Source of the DNA: Eledone cirrhosa
Lineage: Eukaryota
Assembly (NCBI GenBank): GCA_964016885.1
Contig: OZ024744.1
Location: 47,182,001 to 47,246,000 of the forward strand
Direction: 5' to 3'
Length of the DNA: 64,000 nt
The notes under the pieces were generated by a model, which was not told the origin of the DNA, searched no databases, and saw only the letters and a program-made list of their open reading frames with translations. Numbering within the stretch: position 1 is the stretch's first letter; every line of letters begins with the position of its first letter. Both the position numbers and the translations under genes were made by a program. Shown piece after piece: positions 12,701 to 26,600 of the stretch.

Positions 12701-15700
12701 TCCACTTTACAGTGTGGGCTGGGTACTTTTTGCTGTGTCTTTCACATGTCCACTTTACAGTGTGGGCTGGGTGCTTTTTGCTGTGTCTTTCACATGTCCA
12801 CTTCACAGTGTGGGCTGGGTGCTTTTTGCTGTGTCTTTCACATGTCCACTTTACAGTGTGGGCTGGGTGCTTTTTGCTGTGTCTTTCATATGTCCACTTT
12901 ACAGTGTGGGCTGGGTGCTTTTTGTTGTGTCTTTCACATGTCCACTTTACAGTGTGGGCTGGGTGCTTTTTGCTGTGTCTTTCACATGTCCACTTTACAA
13001 TGTGGGCTGGGTGCTTTTTGCTGTGTCTTTCACATGTCCACTTTACAATGTGGGCTGGGTGATTTTTGCTGTGTCTTTCACATGTCCACTTTACAGTGTG
13101 GGCTGGGTGCTTTTCGCTGTGTCTTTCACATGTCCACTTTACAGTGTGGGCTGGGTGCTTTTTGCTGTGTCTTTCACATGTCCACTTTACAGTGTGGGGT
13201 GGGTGCTTTTTGCAGTGTCTTTCACACGTCCACTTTACAGTGTGGGCTGGGTGCTTTTTGCTGTGTCTTTCACATGTCCACTTTACAGTGTGGGCTGTGT
13301 GCTTTTTGCAGTGTCTTTCACACGTCAACTTTACAGTGTGGCCTGGGTGCTTTTTGCTGTGTCTTTCACATGTCTATTTCACAGTGTGGGCTGGGTGCTT
13401 TTTGCTGTGTCTTTCACATTTCCACTTTACAGTGTGGGCTGGGTGCTTTTTGCTGTGTCTTTCATATGTCCACTTTACAGTGTGGGCTGGGTCCTTTTTT
13501 CAGTGTCTTTCACATGTCCACTTCACGGTGTGGGCGGGGTGATTTTTGCTGTGTCTTTCACATGTCCACTTTACAATGTGGGCTGGGTGCTTTTTGCTGT
13601 ATCTTTCAAATGTCCACTTTACAATGTGGGCTGGGTGCTTTTTGCTGTGTCTTTCACATGTCCACTTTACAGTGTGGGCTGGGCGCTTTTTGCAGTGTCT
13701 TTCAAACGTCAACTTTACAGTGTGGGCTGGGTGCTTTTTACTGTGTCTTTCACATGTCCACTTTACAGTGTGGGCTGGGTGCTTTTTGCTGTGTCTTTCA
13801 CATGTCCACTTCACAGTGTGGGCTGGGTGCTTTTTGCTGTGTCTTTCACATGTCCACTTTACAGTGTGGGCTGGGTGCTTTTTGCTGTGTCTTTCACATG
13901 TCCACTTTACAGTGTGGGCTGTGTGCTTTTTGCTGTGTCTTTCACATGTCCACTTTACAGTGTGGGCTGGGTGCTTTTTGCTGTGTCTTTCACATGTCCA
14001 CTTTACAGTGTGGGCTGGGTGCTTTTTGCTGTGTCTTTCACATGTCCACTTTACAGTGTGGGCTGGGTGCTTTTTGCTGTGTCTTTCACATGTCCATCTT
14101 ACAATGTGAGCTGGGTGCTTTTTGCTGTGTCTTTCACATGTCCACTTTACAGTGTGGGCTGGGTGCTTGTTGCTGTGTCTTTCTCACGTCCGCTTTACAG
14201 TGTGGGCTGGGTGCTTTTTGCTGTGTCTTTCACATGTCCACTTTACAGTGCGGGCTAGGTGCTTTTTTCAGTGTCTTTCACACGTCCACTTTACATTGTG
14301 GGCTGGGTGCTTGTTGCTGTGTCTTTCTCACGTCCACCTTACAGTGTGGGCTGGGTGCTTTTTGCTGTGTCTTTCACATGTCCACTTTACATTGTGGACT
14401 GGGTGCTTTTTTCAGTGTCTTTCACATGTCAACTTTACAGTGAGGGCTGGGTGCTTTTTGCTGTGTCTTTCACATGTCCACTTTACAGTGTGGGCTGGGT
14501 GCTTTTTGCTGTGTCTTTCACATATCCACTTTACAGTGTGGGCTGGGTGCTTTTTGCTGAGTCTTTCACACGTCCACTTTACAGTGTGGGCTGGGTGCTT
14601 TTTGCTGTGTCTTTCACACGTCCACTTTACAGTGTGGGCCGGGTGCTTTTTGCTGTGTCTTTCACATGTCCACTTTACAATGTGGGCTGGGTGCTTTTTG
14701 CTGTTTCTTTCACATGTCCACTTTACAGTGTGGGCTGGATGCTTCTTGCAGTGTCTTTCACACGTCCACTTTACAGTGTGGGCTGGGTGCTTTTTGCTGT
14801 GTCTTTCACATGTCCACTTTATAGTGTGGGCTGGGTGCTTTTTGCAGTGTCTTTCACACGTCCACTTTACAGTGTGGGCTGGGTGCTTTTTGCTGTGTCT
14901 TTCACATGTCCACTTTACAATGTGGGCTGGGTGCTTTTTGCTGTGTCTTTCACATGTCCACTTTACAATGTGGGCTGTGTGCTTCTTGCAGTGTCTTTCA
15001 CACGTCCACTTTACAGTGTGGGCTGGGTGCTTTTCGCTGTGTCTTTCACATGTCCACTTTACAGTGTGGGCTGGGTGCTTTTCGCTGTGTCTTTCACATG
15101 TCCACTTTACAGTGTGGGCTGGGTGCTTTTTGCAGTGTCTTTCACACGTCCACTTTACAGTGTGGGCTGGGTGCTTTTTGTTGTATCTTTCTCACGTCCA
15201 CTTTACAGTGTGGGCTGGGTGCTTTTTGCTGTGTCTTTCACATGTCCACTTTACAGTGTGGGCTGGGTGCTTTTTGCTGTGTCTTTCACATGTCCACTTT
15301 ACAGTGTGGGCTGGGTGCTTTTTGCTGTGTCTTTCACATGTCCACTTCACAGTGTGGGCTGGGTGCTTTTTGCTGTGTCTTTCACATGTCCACTTTACAG
15401 TGTGGGCTGGGTGCTTTTTGCTGTGTCTTTCATATGTCCACTTTACAGTGTGGGCTGGGTGCTTTTTGTTGTGTCTTTCACATGTCCACTTTACAGTGTG
15501 GGCTGGGTGCTTTTTGCTGTGTCTTTCACATGTCCACTTTACAATGTGGGCTGGGTGCTTTTTGCTGTGTCTTTCACATGTCCACTTTACAATGTGGGCT
15601 GGGTGATTTTTGCTGTGTCTTTCACATGTCCACTTTACAGTGTGGGCTGGGTGCTTTTCGCTGTGTCTTTCACATGTCCACTTTACAGTGTGGGCTGGGT

Positions 15701-18700
15701 GCTTTTTGCTGTGTCTTTCACATGTCCACTTTACAGTGTGGGGTGGGTGCTTTTTGCAGTGTCTTTCACACGTACACTTTACAGTGTGGGCTGGGTGCTT
15801 TTTGCTGTGTCTTTCACATGTCCACTTTACAGTGTGGGCTGTGTGCTTTTTGCAGTGTCTTTCACACGTCAACTTTACAGTGTGGCCTGGGTGCTTTTTG
15901 CTGTGTCTTTCACATGTCTATTTCACAGTGTGGGCTGGGTGCTTTTTGCTGTGTCTTTCACATTTCCACTTTACAGTGTGGGCTGGGTGCTTTTTGCTGT
16001 GTCTTTCATATGTCCACTTTACAGTGTGGGCTGGGTCCTTTTCTCAGTGTCTTTCACATGTCCACTTCACGGTGTGGGCGGGGTGATTTTTGCTGTGTCT
16101 TTCACATGTCCACTTTACAATGTGGGCTGGGTGCTTTTTGCTGTATCTTTCAAATGTCCACTTTACAATGTGGGCTGGGTGCTTTTTGCTGTGTCTTTCA
16201 CATGTCCACTTTACAGTGTGGGCTGGGCGCTTTTTGCAGTGTCTTTCAAACGTCAACTTTACAGTGTGGGCTGGGTGCTTTTTACTGTGTCTTTCACATG
16301 TCCACTTTACAGTGTGGGCTGGGTGATTTTTGCTGTGTCTTTCACATGTCCACTTCACAGTGTGGGCTGGGTGCTTTTTGCTGTGTCTTTCACATGTCCA
16401 CTTTACAGTGTGGGCTGGGTGCTTTTTGCTGTGTCTTTCACATGTCCACTTTACAGTGTGGGCTGTGTGCTTTTTGCTGTGTCTTTCACATGTCCACTTT
16501 ACAGTGTGGGCTGGGTGCTTTTTGCTGTGTCTTTCACATGTCCACTTTACAGTGTGGGCTGGGTGCTTTTTGCTGTGTCTTTCACATGTCCACTTTACAG
16601 TGTGGGCTGGGTGCTTTTTGCTGTGTCTTTCACATGTCCATCTTACAATGTGAGCTGGGTGCTTTTTGCTGTGTCTTTCACATGTCCACTTTACAGTGTG
16701 GGCTGGGTGCTTGTTGCTGTGTCTTTCTCACGTCCGCTTTACAGTGTGGGCTGGGTGCTTTTTGCTGTGTCTTTCACATGTCCACTTTACAGTGCGGGCT
16801 AGGTGCTTTTTTCAGTGTCTTTCACACGTCCACTTTACATTGTGGGCTGGGTGCTTGTTGCTGTGTCTTTCTCACGTCCACCTTACAGTGTGGGCTGGGT
16901 GCTTTTTGCTGTGTCTTTCACATGTCCACTTTACATTGTGGACTGGGTGCTTTTTTCAGTGTCTTTCACATGTCAACTTTACAGTGAGGGCTGGGTGCTT
17001 TTTGCTGTGTCTTTCACATGTCCACTTTACAGTGTGGGCTGGGTGCTTTTTGCTGTGTCTTTCACATATCCACTTTACAGTGTGGGCTGGGTGCTTTTTG
17101 CTGAGTCTTTCACACGTCCACTTTACAGTGTGGGCTGGGTGCTTTTTGCTGTGTCTTTCACACGTCCACTTTACAGTGTGGGCCGGGTGCTTTTTGCTGT
17201 GTCTTTCACATGTCCACTTTACAATGTGGGCTGGGTGCTTTTTGCTGTTTCTTTCACATGTCCACTTCACAGTGTGGGCTGGGTGCTTTTTGCTGTGTCT
17301 TTCACATGTCCACTATACAGTGTGGGCTGGGTGCTTTTTGCTGTGTCTTTCACATGTCCACTTTACAGTGTGGGCTGGGTGCTTTTTGCTGTGTCTTTCA
17401 CATGTCCACTTCACAGTGTGGGTTGGGTGCTTTTTGCTGTGTCTTTCACATGTCCACTTTACAGTGTGGGCTGGGTGCTTTTTGCTGTGTCTTTCATATG
17501 TCCACTTTACAGTGTGGGCTGGGTGCTTTTTGTTGTGTCTTTCACATGTCCACTTTACAGTGTGGGCTGGGTGCTTTTTGCTGTGTCTTTCACATGTCCA
17601 CTTTACAATGTGGGCTGGGTGCTTTTTGCTGTGTCTTTCACATGTCCACTTTACAATGTGGGCTGGGTGATTTTTGCTGTGTCTTTCACATGTCCACTTT
17701 ACAGTGTGGGCTGGGTGCTTTTTCTGTGTCTTTCACATGTCCACTTTACAGTGTGGGCTGGGTGCTTTTTGCTGTGTCTTTCACATGTCCACTTTACAGT
17801 GTGGGGTGGGTGCTTTTTGCAGTGTCTTTCACACGTCCACTTTACAGTGTGGGCTGGGTGCTTTTTGTTGTATCTTTCTCACGTCCACTTTACAGTGTGG
17901 GCTGGGTGCTTTTTGCTGTGTCTTTCACATGTCCACTTTACAGTGTGGGCTGGGTACTTTTTGCTGTGTCTTTCACATGTCCACTTTACAGTGTGGGCTG
18001 GGTGCTTTTTGCTGTGTCTTTCACATGTCCACTTCACAGTGTGGGCTGGGTGCTTTTTGCTGTGTCTTTCACATGTCCACTTTACAGTGTGGGCTGGGTG
18101 CTTTTTGCTGTGTCTTTCATATGTCCACTTTACAGTGTGGGCTGGGTGCTTTTTGTTGTGTCTTTCACATGTCCACTTTACAGTGTGGGCTGGGTGCTTT
18201 TTGCTGTGTCTTTCACATGTCCACTTTACAATGTGGGCTGGGTGCTTTTTGCTGTGTCTTTCACATGTCCACTTTACAATGTGGGCTGGGTGATTTTTGC
18301 TGTGTCTTTCACATGTCCACTTTACAGTGTGGGCTGGGTGCTTTTCGCTGTGTCTTTCACATGTCCACTTTACAGTGTGGGCTGGGTGCTTTTTGCTGTG
18401 TCTTTCACATGTCCACTTTACAGTGTGGGGTGGGTGCTTTTTGCAGTGTCTTTCACACGTCCACTTTACAGTGTGGGCTGGGTGCTTTTTGCTGTGTCTT
18501 TCACATGTCCACTTTACAGTGTGGGCTGTGTGCTTTTTGCAGTGTCTTTCACACGTCAACTTTACAGTGTGGCCTGGGTGCTTTTTGCTGTGTCTTTCAC
18601 ATGTCTATTTCACAGTGTGGGCTGGGTGCTTTTTGCTGTGTCTTTCACATTTCCACTTTACAGTGTGGGCTGGGTGCTTTTTGCTGTGTCTTTCATATGT

Positions 18701-20260
18701 CCACTTTACAGTGTGGGCTGGGTCCTTTTTTCAGTGTCTTTCACATGTCCACTTCACGGTGTGGGCGGGGTGATTTTTGCTGTGTCTTTCACATGTCCAC
18801 TTTACAATGTGGGCTGGGTGCTTTTTGCTGTATCTTTCAAATGTCCACTTTACAATGTGGGCTGGGTGCTTTTTGCTGTGTCTTTCACATGTCCACTTTA
18901 CAGTGTGGGCTGGGCGCTTTTTGCAGTGTCTTTCAAACGTCAACTTTACAGTGTGGGCTGGGTCCTTTTTACTGTGTCTTTCACATGTCCACTTTACAGT
19001 GTGGGCTGGGTGCTTTTTGCTGTGTCTTTCACATGTCCACTTCACAGTGTGGGCTGGGTGCTTTTTGCTGTGTCTTTCACATGTCCACTTTACAGTGTGG
19101 GCTGGGTGCTTTTTGCTGTGTCTTTCACATGTCCACTTTACAGTGTGGGCTGTGTGCTTTTTGCTGTGTCTTTCACATGTCCACTTTACAGTGTGGGCTG
19201 GGTGCTTTTTGCTGTGTCTTTCACATGTCCACTTTACAGTGTGGGCTGGGTGCTTTTTGCTGTGTCTTTCACATGTCCACTTTACAGTGTGGGCTGGGTG
19301 CTTTTTGCTGTGTCTTTCACATGTCCATCTTACAATGTGAGCTGGGTGCTTTTTGCTGTGTCTTTCACATGTCCACTTTACAGTGTGGGCTGGGTGCTTG
19401 TTGCTGTGTCTTTCTCACGTCCGCTTTACAGTGTGGGCTGGGTGCTTTTTGCTGTGTCTTTCACATGTCCACTTTACAGTGCGGGCTAGGTGCTTTTTTC
19501 AGTGTCTTTCACACGTCCACTTTACATTGTGGGCTGGGTGCTTGTTGCTGTGTCTTTCTCACGTCCACCTTACAGTGTGGGCTGGGTGCTTTTTGCTGTG
19601 TCTTTCACATGTCCACTTTACATTGTGGACTGGGTGCTTTTTTCAGTGTCTTTCACATGTCAACTTTACAGTGAGGGCTGGGTGCTTTTTGCTGTGTCTT
19701 TCACATGTCCACTTTACAGTGTGGGCTGGGTGCTTTTTGCTGTGTCTTTCACATATCCACTTTACAGTGTGGGCTGGGTGCTTTTTGCTGAGTCTTTCAC
19801 ACGTCCACTTTACAGTGTGGGCTGGGTGCTTTTTGCTGTGTCTTTCACACGTCCACTTTACAGTGTGGGCCGGGTGCTTTTTGCTGTGTCTTTCACATGT
19901 CCACTTTACAATGTGGGCTGGGTGCTTTTTGCTGTTTCTTTCACATGTCCACTTTACAGTGTGGGCTGGATGCTTCTTGCAGTGTCTTTCACACGTCCAC
20001 TTTACAGTGTGGGCTGGGTGCTTTTTGCTGTGTCTTTCACATGTCCACTTTATAGTGTGGGCTGGGTGCTTTTTGCAGTGTCTTTCACACGTCCACTTTA
20101 CAGTGTGGGCTGGGTGCTTTTTGCTGTGTCTTTCACATGTCCACTTTACAATGTGGGCTGGGTGCTTTTTGCTGTGTCTTTCACATGTCCACTTTACAAT
20201 GTGGGCTGTGTGCTTCTTGCAGTGTCTTTCACACGTCCACTTTACAGTGTGGGCTGGGTG
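9800..20260 (+). repeat. ~5.25-kb tandem duplication made of two ~2.6-kb sub-units (ABAB; 53-57 monomers each)
   Basis: Marker gtccGctt sits at 11457, 14192, 16736 and 19423 (spacings 2735, 2544, 2687). acgtAcac is at 10495/15774 (offset 5279). A shared 1-bp deletion is at ~12492/17723 (offset 5231). ORF pairs show the same offsets. Confidence 0.92.
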
Positions 20261-23200
20261 CTTTTTGCTGTGTCTTTCACATGTCCACTTTACAGTGTGG
20301 GCTGGGTGCTTTTTGCTGTGTCTTTCACATGTCCACTTTACAGTGTGGGCTGGGTGCTTTTTGCTGTGTCTTTCACATGTCCATTTTACAATGTGAGCTG
20401 GGTGATTTTTGCTGTGTCTTTCATATGTCCACTTTACATTGTGGGCTGGGTGCTTGTTGCTGTGTCTTTCTCACGTCCACTTTACAGTGTGGGCTGGGTG
20501 CTTTTTGCTGTGTCTTTCACATGTCCACTTTACAGTGTGGGCTGGGTGCTTTTTTCAGTGTCTTTCACATGTCCACTTTACAGCGTGGGCTGGGTGCTTT
20601 TTGCTGTGTCTTTCACATGTCCACTTTACAGTGTAGGCTGGGTGCTAGGTTGCTGTGTCTTTCTCACGTCCACTTTACAGTGTGGGCTGGGTGCTTTTTG
20701 CTGTGTCTTTCACATGTCCACTTTACAGTGCGGGCTAGGTGCTTTTTTCAGCGTCTTTCACACGTCCACTTTACATCGTGGGCTGGGTGCTTCTTGCTGT
20801 GTCTTTCTCACGTCCACTTTACAGTGTGGGCTGGGTGCTTTTTGCTGTGTCTTTCACATGTCCACTTTACAGTGTGGGCTGGGTGCTTTTTTCAGTGTCT
20901 TTCACATGTCCACTTTACAGCGTGGGCTGGGCGCTTTTTGCAGTGTCTTTCAAACGTCAACTTTACAGTGTGGGCTGGGTGCTTTTTACTGTGTCTTTCA
21001 CATGTCCACTTTACAGTGTGGGCTGTGTGCTTGTTGCTGTGTCTTTCTCACTTCCACTTTACAGTGTGGGCTGGGTGCTTTTTGCTGTGTCTTTCACATG
21101 TCCACTTTACAGTGTGGGCTGGGTGCTTTTTTCAGTGTCTTTCACACGTCCACTTTACAGTGTGGGCTGGGTGCTTTTTGTTGTGTCTTTCTCACGTCCA
21201 CTTTACAGTGTGGGCTGGGTGCTTTTTGCTGTGTCTTTCACATGTCCACTTTACAGTGTGGGCTGGGTGATTTTTGCTGTGTCTTTCACATGTCCACTTT
21301 ACAGTGTGGGCTGGGTGCTTTTTGCTGTGTCTTTCACATGTCCACTTCACAGTGTGGGCTGGGTGCTTTTTGCTGTGTCTTTCACATGTCCACTTTACAG
21401 TGTGGGCTGGGTACTTTTTGCTGTGTCTTTCACATGTCCACTTTACAGTGTGGGCTGGGTGCTTTTTGCTGTGTCTTTCACATGTCCACTTTACAGTGTG
21501 GGCTGGGTGCTTTTTGCTGTGTCTTTCACATGTCCACTTTACAATGTGGGCTGGGTGCTTTTTGCTGTGTCTTTCACATGTCCACTTTACAATGTGGGCT
21601 GGGTGCTTTTTGCTGTGTCTTTCACATGTCCACTTTACAGTGTGGGCTGGGTGCTTTTTGCTGTGTCTTTCACATGTCCACTTTACAGTGTGGGCTGGGT
21701 GCTTTTTGCTTTGTCTTTCACATGTCCACTTTACAGTGTGGGCTGGGTACATTTTGCTGTGTCTTTCACATGTCCACTTTACAGTGTGGGCTGGGTGCTT
21801 TTTGCTGTGTCTTTCACATGTCCACTTTACAGTGTGGGATGTGTGCTTTTTGCAGTGTCTTTCACACGTCAACTTTACAGTGTGGGCTGGGTGCTTTTTG
21901 CTGTGTCTTTCACATGTCTATTTCACAGTGTGGGCTGTGTGCTTTTTGCTGTGTCTTTCACATGTCCACTTTACAGTGTGGGCTGGGTGCTTTTTGCTGT
22001 GTCTTTCATATGTCCACTTTACAGTGTGGGCTGGGTGCTTTTTTCAGTGTCTTTCACATGTCCACTTCACGGTGTGGGCGGGGTAATTTTTGCTGTGTCT
22101 TTCACATGTCCACTTTACAATGTGGGCTGGGTGCTTTTTGCTGTATCTTTCAAATGTCCACTTTACAATGTGGGCTGGGTGCTTTTTGCTGTGTCTTTCA
22201 CATGTCCACTTTACAGTGTGGGCTGGATGCTTCTTGCAGTGTCTTTAACACGTCCACTTTACATTGTGGGCTGGGTGCTTGTTGCTGTGTCTTTCTCACG
22301 TCCACTTTACAGTGTGGGCTGGGTGCTTTTTGCTGTGTCTTTCACATGTCCACTTTACAGTGTGGGCTGGGTGCTTTTTTCAGTGTCTTTCACATGTCCA
22401 CTTTACAGTGTGGGCAGGGCGCTTTTTGCAGTGTCTTTCAAACTTCAACTTTACAGTGTGGGCTGGGTGCTTTTTACTGTGTCTTTCACATGTCCACTTT
22501 ACAGTGTGGGCTGTGTGCTTGTTGCTGTGTCTTTCTCACGTCCACTTTACAATGTGGGCTGGGTGCTTTTTGCTGTGTCTTTCACATGTCCACTTTACAA
22601 TGTGGGCTGGGTGCTTTTTGCTGTGTTTTTCACATGTCCACTTTACAGTGTGGGCTGGGTGCTTTTCGCTGTGTCTTTCACATGTCCACTTTACAGTGTG
22701 GGCTGGGTGCTTTTTGCTGTGTCTTTCACATGTCCACTTTACAGTGTGGGGTGGGTGCTTTTTGCAGTGTCTTTCACACGTCCACTTTACAGTGTGGGCT
22801 GGGTGCTTTTTGCTGTGTCTTTCACATGTCCACTTTACAGTGTGGGCTGTGTGCTTTTTGCAGTGTCTTTCACACGTCAACTTTACAGTGTGGCCTGGGT
22901 GCTTTTTGCTGTGTCTTTCACATGTCTATTTCACAGTGTGGGCTGGGTGCTTTTTGCTGTGTCTTTCACATGTCCACTTTACAGTGTGGGCTGGGTGCTT
23001 TTTGCTGTGTCTTTCATATGTCCACTTTACAGTGTGGGCTGGGTGCTTTTTTCAGTGTCTTTCACATGTCCACTTCACGGTGTGGGCGGGGTGATTTTTG
23101 CTGTGTCTTTCACATGTCCACTTTACAGTGTGGGCTGGGTGCTTTTTGCTTTGTCTTTCACATGTCCACTTTACAGTGTGGGCTGGGTACTTTTTGCTGT

Positions 23201-23699
23201 GTCTTTCACATGTCCACTTTACAGTGTGGGCTGGGTGCTTTTTGCTGTGTCTTTCACATGTCCACTTTACAGTGTGGGCTGTGTGCTTTTTGCAGTGTCT
23301 TTCACACGTCAACTTTACAGTGTGGGCTGGGTGCTTTTTGCTGTGTCTTTCACATGTCTATTTCACAGTGTGGGCTGTGTGCTTTTTGCTGTGTCTTTCA
23401 CATGTCCACTTTACAGTGTGGGCTGGGTGCTTTTTGCTGTGTCTTTCATATGTCCACTTTACAGTGTGGGCTGGGTGCTTTTTTCAGTGTCTTTCACATG
23501 TCCACTTCACGGTGTGGGCGGGGTAATTTTTGCTGTGTCTTTCACATGTCCACTTTACAATGTGGGCTGGGTGCTTTTTGCTGTATCTTTCAAATGTCCA
23601 CTTTACAATGTGGGCTGGGTGCTTTTTGCTGTGTCTTTCACATGTCCACTTTACAGTGTGGGCTGGATGCTTCTTGCAGTGTCTTTAACACGTCCACTT

Positions 23700-26600
23700 T
23701 ACATTGTGGGCTGGGTGCTTGTTGCTGTGTCTTTCTCACGTCCACTTTACAGTGTGGGCTGGGTGCTTTTTGCTGTGTCTTTCACATGTCCACTTTACAG
23801 TGTGGGCTGGGTGCTTTTTTCAGTGTCTTTCACATGTCCACTTTACAGTGTGGGCTGGGCGCTTTTTGCAGTGTCTTTCAAACTTCAACTTTACAGTGTG
23901 GGCTGGGTGCTTTTTACTGTGTCTTTCACATGTCCACTTTACAGTGTGGGCTGTGTGCTTGTTGCTGTGTCTTTCTCACGTCCACTTTACAGTGTGGGCT
24001 GGGTGCTTTTTGCTGTGTCTTTCACATGTCCACTTTACAGTGTGGGCTGGGTGCTTTTTTCAGTGTCTTTCACACGTCCACTTTACAGTGTGGGCTGGGT
24101 GCTTTTTGTTGTATCTTTCTCACGTCCACTTTACAGTGTGGGCTGGGTGCTTTTTGCTGTGTCTTTCACATGTCCACTTTACAGTGTGGGCTGGGTGCTT
24201 TTTGCTGTGTCTTTCACATGTCCACTTTACAGTGTGGGCTGGGTGCTTTTTGCTGTGTCTTTCACATGTCCACTTTACAGTGTGGGCTGGGTGCTTTTTG
24301 CTGTGTCTTTCACATGTCCACTTTACAATGTGGGCTGGGTGCTTTTTGCTGTGTCTTTCACATGTCCACTTTACAATGTGGGCTGGGTGCTTTTTGCTGT
24401 GTCTTTCACATGTCCACTTTACAGTGTGGGCTGGGTGCTTTTTGCTGTGTCTTTCACATGTCCACTTTACAGTGTGGGCTGGGTGCTTTTTGCTTTGTCT
24501 TTCACATGTCCACTTTACAGTGTGGGCTGGGTACATTTTGCTGTGTCTTTCACATGTCCACTTTACAGTGTGGGCTGGGTGCTTTTTGCTGTGTCTTTCA
24601 CATGTCCACTTTACAGTGTGGGATGTGTGCTTTTTGCAGTGTCTTTCACACGTCAACTTTACAGTGTGGGCTGGGTGCTTTTTGCTGTGTCTTTCACATG
24701 TCTATTTCACAGTGTGGGCTGTGTGCTTTTTGCTGTGTCTTTCACATGTCCACTTTACAGTGTGGGCTGGGTGCTTTTTGCTGTGTCTTTCATATGTCCA
24801 CTTTACAGTGTGGGCTGGGTGCTTTTTTCAGTGTCTTTCACATGTCCACTTCACGGTGTGGGCGGGGTAATTTTTGCTGTGTCTTTCACATGTCCACTTT
24901 ACAATGTGGGCTGGGTGCTTTTTGCTGTATCTTTCAAATGTCCACTTTACAATGTGGGCTGGGTGCTTTTTGCTGTGTCTTTCACATGTCCACTTTACAG
25001 TGTGGGCTGGATGCTTCTTGCAGTGTCTTTAACACGTCCACTTTACATTGTGGGCTGGGTGCTTGTTGCTGTGTCTTTCTCACGTCCACTTTACAGTGTG
25101 GGCTGGGTGCTTTTTGCTGTGTCTTTCACATGTCCACTTTACAGTGTGGGCTGGGTGCTTTTTTCAGTGTCTTTCACATGTCCACTTTACAGTGTGGGCT
25201 GGGCGCTTTTTGCAGTGTCTTTCAAACTTCAACTTTACAGTGTGGGCTGGGTGCTTTTTACTGTGTCTTTCACATGTCCACTTTACAGTGTGGGCTGTGT
25301 GCTTGTTGCTGTGTCTTTCTCACGTCCACTTTACAGTGTGGGCTGGGTGCTTTTTGCTGTGTCTTTCACATGTCCACTTTACAGTGTGGGCTGGGTGCTT
25401 TTTTCAGTGTCTTTCACACGTTCACTTTACAGTGTGGGCTGGGTGCTTTTTGTTGTATCTTTCTCACGTCCACTTTACAGTGTGGGCTGGGTGCTTTTTG
25501 CTGTGTCTTTCACATGTCCACTTTACAGTGTGGGCTGGGTGCTTTTTGCTGTGTCTTTCACATGTCCACTTTACAGTGTGGGCTGGGTGCTTTTTGCTGT
25601 GTCTTTCACATGTCCACTTCACAGTGTGGGCTGGGTGCTTTTTGCTGTGTCTTTCACATGTCCACTTTACAGTGTGGGCTGGGTGCTTTTTGCTGTGTCT
25701 TTCATATGTCCACTTTACAGTGTGGGCTGGGTGCTTTTTGCTGTGTCTTTCACATGTCCACTTTACAGTGTGGGCTGGGTGCTTTTTGCTGTGTCTTTCA
25801 CATGTCCACTTTACAATGTGGGCTGGGTGCTTTTTGCTGTGTCTTTCACATGTCCACTTTACAATGTGGGCTGGGTGCTTTTTGCTGTGTTTTTCACATG
25901 TCCACTTTACAGTGTGGGCTGGGTGCTTTTCGCTGTGTCTTTCACATGTCCACTTTACATTGTGGGCTGGGTGCTTGTTGCTGTGTCTTTCTCACGTCCA
26001 CTTTACAGTGTGGGCTGGGTGCTTTTTGCTGTGTCTTTCACATGTCCACTTTACAGTGTGGGCTGGGTGCTTTTTTCAGTGTCTTTCACATGTCCACTTT
26101 ACAGTGTGGGCTGGGCGCTTTTTGCAGTGTCTTTCAAACTTCAACTTTACAGTGTGGGCTGGGTGCTTTTTACTGTGTCTTTCACATGTCCACTTTACAG
26201 TGTGGGCTGTGTGCTTGTTGCTGTGTCTTTCTCACGTCCACTTTACAGTGTGGGCTGGGTGCTTTTTGCTGTGTCTTTCACATGTCCACTTTACAGTGTG
26301 GGCTGGGTGCTTTTTTCAGTGTCTTTCACACGTCCACTTTACAGTGTGGGCTGGGTGCTTTTTGTTGTATCTTTCTCACGTCCACTTTACAGTGTGGGCT
26401 GGGTGCTTTTTGCTGTGTCTTTCACATGTCCACTTTACAGTGTGGGCTGGGTGCTTTTTGCTGTGTCTTTCACATGTCCACTTTACAGTGTGGGCTGGGT
26501 GCTTTTTGCTGTGTCTTTCACATGTCCACTTTACAGTGTGGGCTGGGTGCTTTTTGCTGTGTCTTTCACATGTCCACTTTACAATGTGGGCTGGGTGCTT

